A DNA stretch of 32,000 nucleotides. Source: an uncultured bacterium (lineage in GTDB: Bacteria > Auribacterota > JACPWU01). Numbering within the stretch: position 1 is the first letter of the stretch; every line of letters starts with the position of its first letter. The position numbers were made by a program, and so were the translations under genes. The stretch lies in contig CAZXEQ010000007.1 of the NCBI GenBank assembly GCA_964640155.1, positions 60,001-92,000 of the forward strand, read 5' to 3'. The notes under the pieces are model-generated. The model was not told where the DNA came from. It saw nothing but the letters and a program-made list of their open reading frames with translations, and did no database searches. This document shows, piece after piece, positions 31,291 through 32,000 of this stretch.

Positions 31291-32000
31291 ATGCGGGTCG
31301 TTAAAAATATTAAAGAACTTAAAAATTTTTCTTCTCGCCCTTTTGTGACATTAGGAAATTTTGATGGAGTGCATCTTGGGCATCGAAAAATTTTTGATGA
31401 ATTAAAAAAACGTTCAACTCAAGCGAATGCACAGTCTGTTGTTGTTACCTTTAATCCTCATCCGCGACATGTTTTAAATCCATCTTTACCTCTACATTTA
31501 ATTAGCTCTTTAGAACATCGATTGAAGTTATTTGAAGAAGTGGGCATTGATGTTGTTTGCATGATTCATTTTGATATTGAATTTTCTAAATTAAGTGCAG
31601 ATTTTTTTATTCGTGAATTGCTTTTTAAACATTTGAATTTTGCTGAACTGATTGTAGGTCACCCTTATGCCTTTGGAAATCAAAGAAAGGGAAATGTGGA
31701 AATGCTTCGTTCTTTGGGAAATGAGCTTGGATTTAGAGTGGACACAATTTCACCTTTTAATATCAATGGAGAGATTGTTTCAAGTAGTTTGATTCGTCAG
31801 TCTATTCAAGAGGGGAAATTAAATAAGGTCTCTCAACTCTTAGGAAGAACTTATTCGATAGGAAGTCATGTGATAAGGGGGCAGGGTTTAGGAGCTAAAC
31901 TCGGTTTTGCAACAGCCAACTTAGATATTCATTCCTTGGTGCTTCCTCCACGAGGTGTTTATGCCGTAGAAGTTAAGTTGAATGGAGAAAAGCGATTGGG
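31291..32000 (+). CDS. ribF: Bifunctional riboflavin kinase / FAD synthetase, 3'-truncated by the window edge
   Basis: Not in the ORF track because no stop lies in the window. My own translation from the ATG at 31291 gives MRVVKNIKELKNFSSRPFVTLGNFDGVHLGHRKIFDEL...VVVTFNPHPRHVL..., which carries the RibF FAD-synthetase signature GNFDG.H.GH. RBS GAGAGG lies 10 nt upstream. Confidence 0.9.
   Translation, partial: MRVVKNIKELKNFSSRPFVTLGNFDGVHLGHRKIFDELKKRSTQANAQSVVVTFNPHPRHVLNPSLPLHLISSLEHRLKLFEEVGIDVVCMIHFDIEFSKLSADFFIRELLFKHLNFAELIVGHPYAFGNQRKGNVEMLRSLGNELGFRVDTISPFNINGEIVSSSLIRQSIQEGKLNKVSQLLGRTYSIGSHVIRGQGLGAKLGFATANLDIHSLVLPPRGVYAVEVKLNGEKRL

Overview
AT-rich bacterial chromosomal window (GC not computed; phylum not determinable by eye, possibly PVC/Omnitrophota-like, which is inference only). 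There are four blocks. (1) nt 1-9180 is the 3' 9.2 kb of one uninterrupted giant ORF. Its N-terminal part in the window carries the SecA motor motifs (DEVDS Walker B, GxSGSxDT, GGRGTD, RSRRVDxQxxGRxxRQxDPG). The rest is coiled coil, nine 16-aa solenoid-type repeats, TPR-like repeats and a ComEA-like helix-hairpin-helix module. (2) nt 9181-11661 is a 2.5 kb insertion carrying two toxin-antitoxin modules (mazEF-like, abiEi/abiEii-like). It is bracketed by ~267-bp direct repeats of the giant gene's 3' end; the distal copy is frameshifted. Two GspG-like pseudopilin genes follow. (3) nt 13092-14196 is a tRNA cluster (Lys-CTT, Leu-TAG, Gly-GCC). Each tRNA is followed by a paralogous GC-rich ~130-145-nt module. 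Each module contains a 10-nt segment complementary to that tRNA's own T-loop, a conserved 17-mer (CGGGTGGCCGACCGGAG), and an exact copy of that tRNA's 3' end starting at C56. I cannot assign this family to any RNA or mobile-element class I know, and it is the best candidate for something undescribed. (4) nt 14299-32000 is ordinary housekeeping: tig-clpP-clpX, serA, purA, uppS-cdsA-dxr-rseP, proS, nusA-infB-rbfA-truB-ribF. Noteworthy intergenic pieces here are a 136-bp element with terminal inverted repeats and a leader terminator before nusA. No rRNA or CRISPR array was seen.
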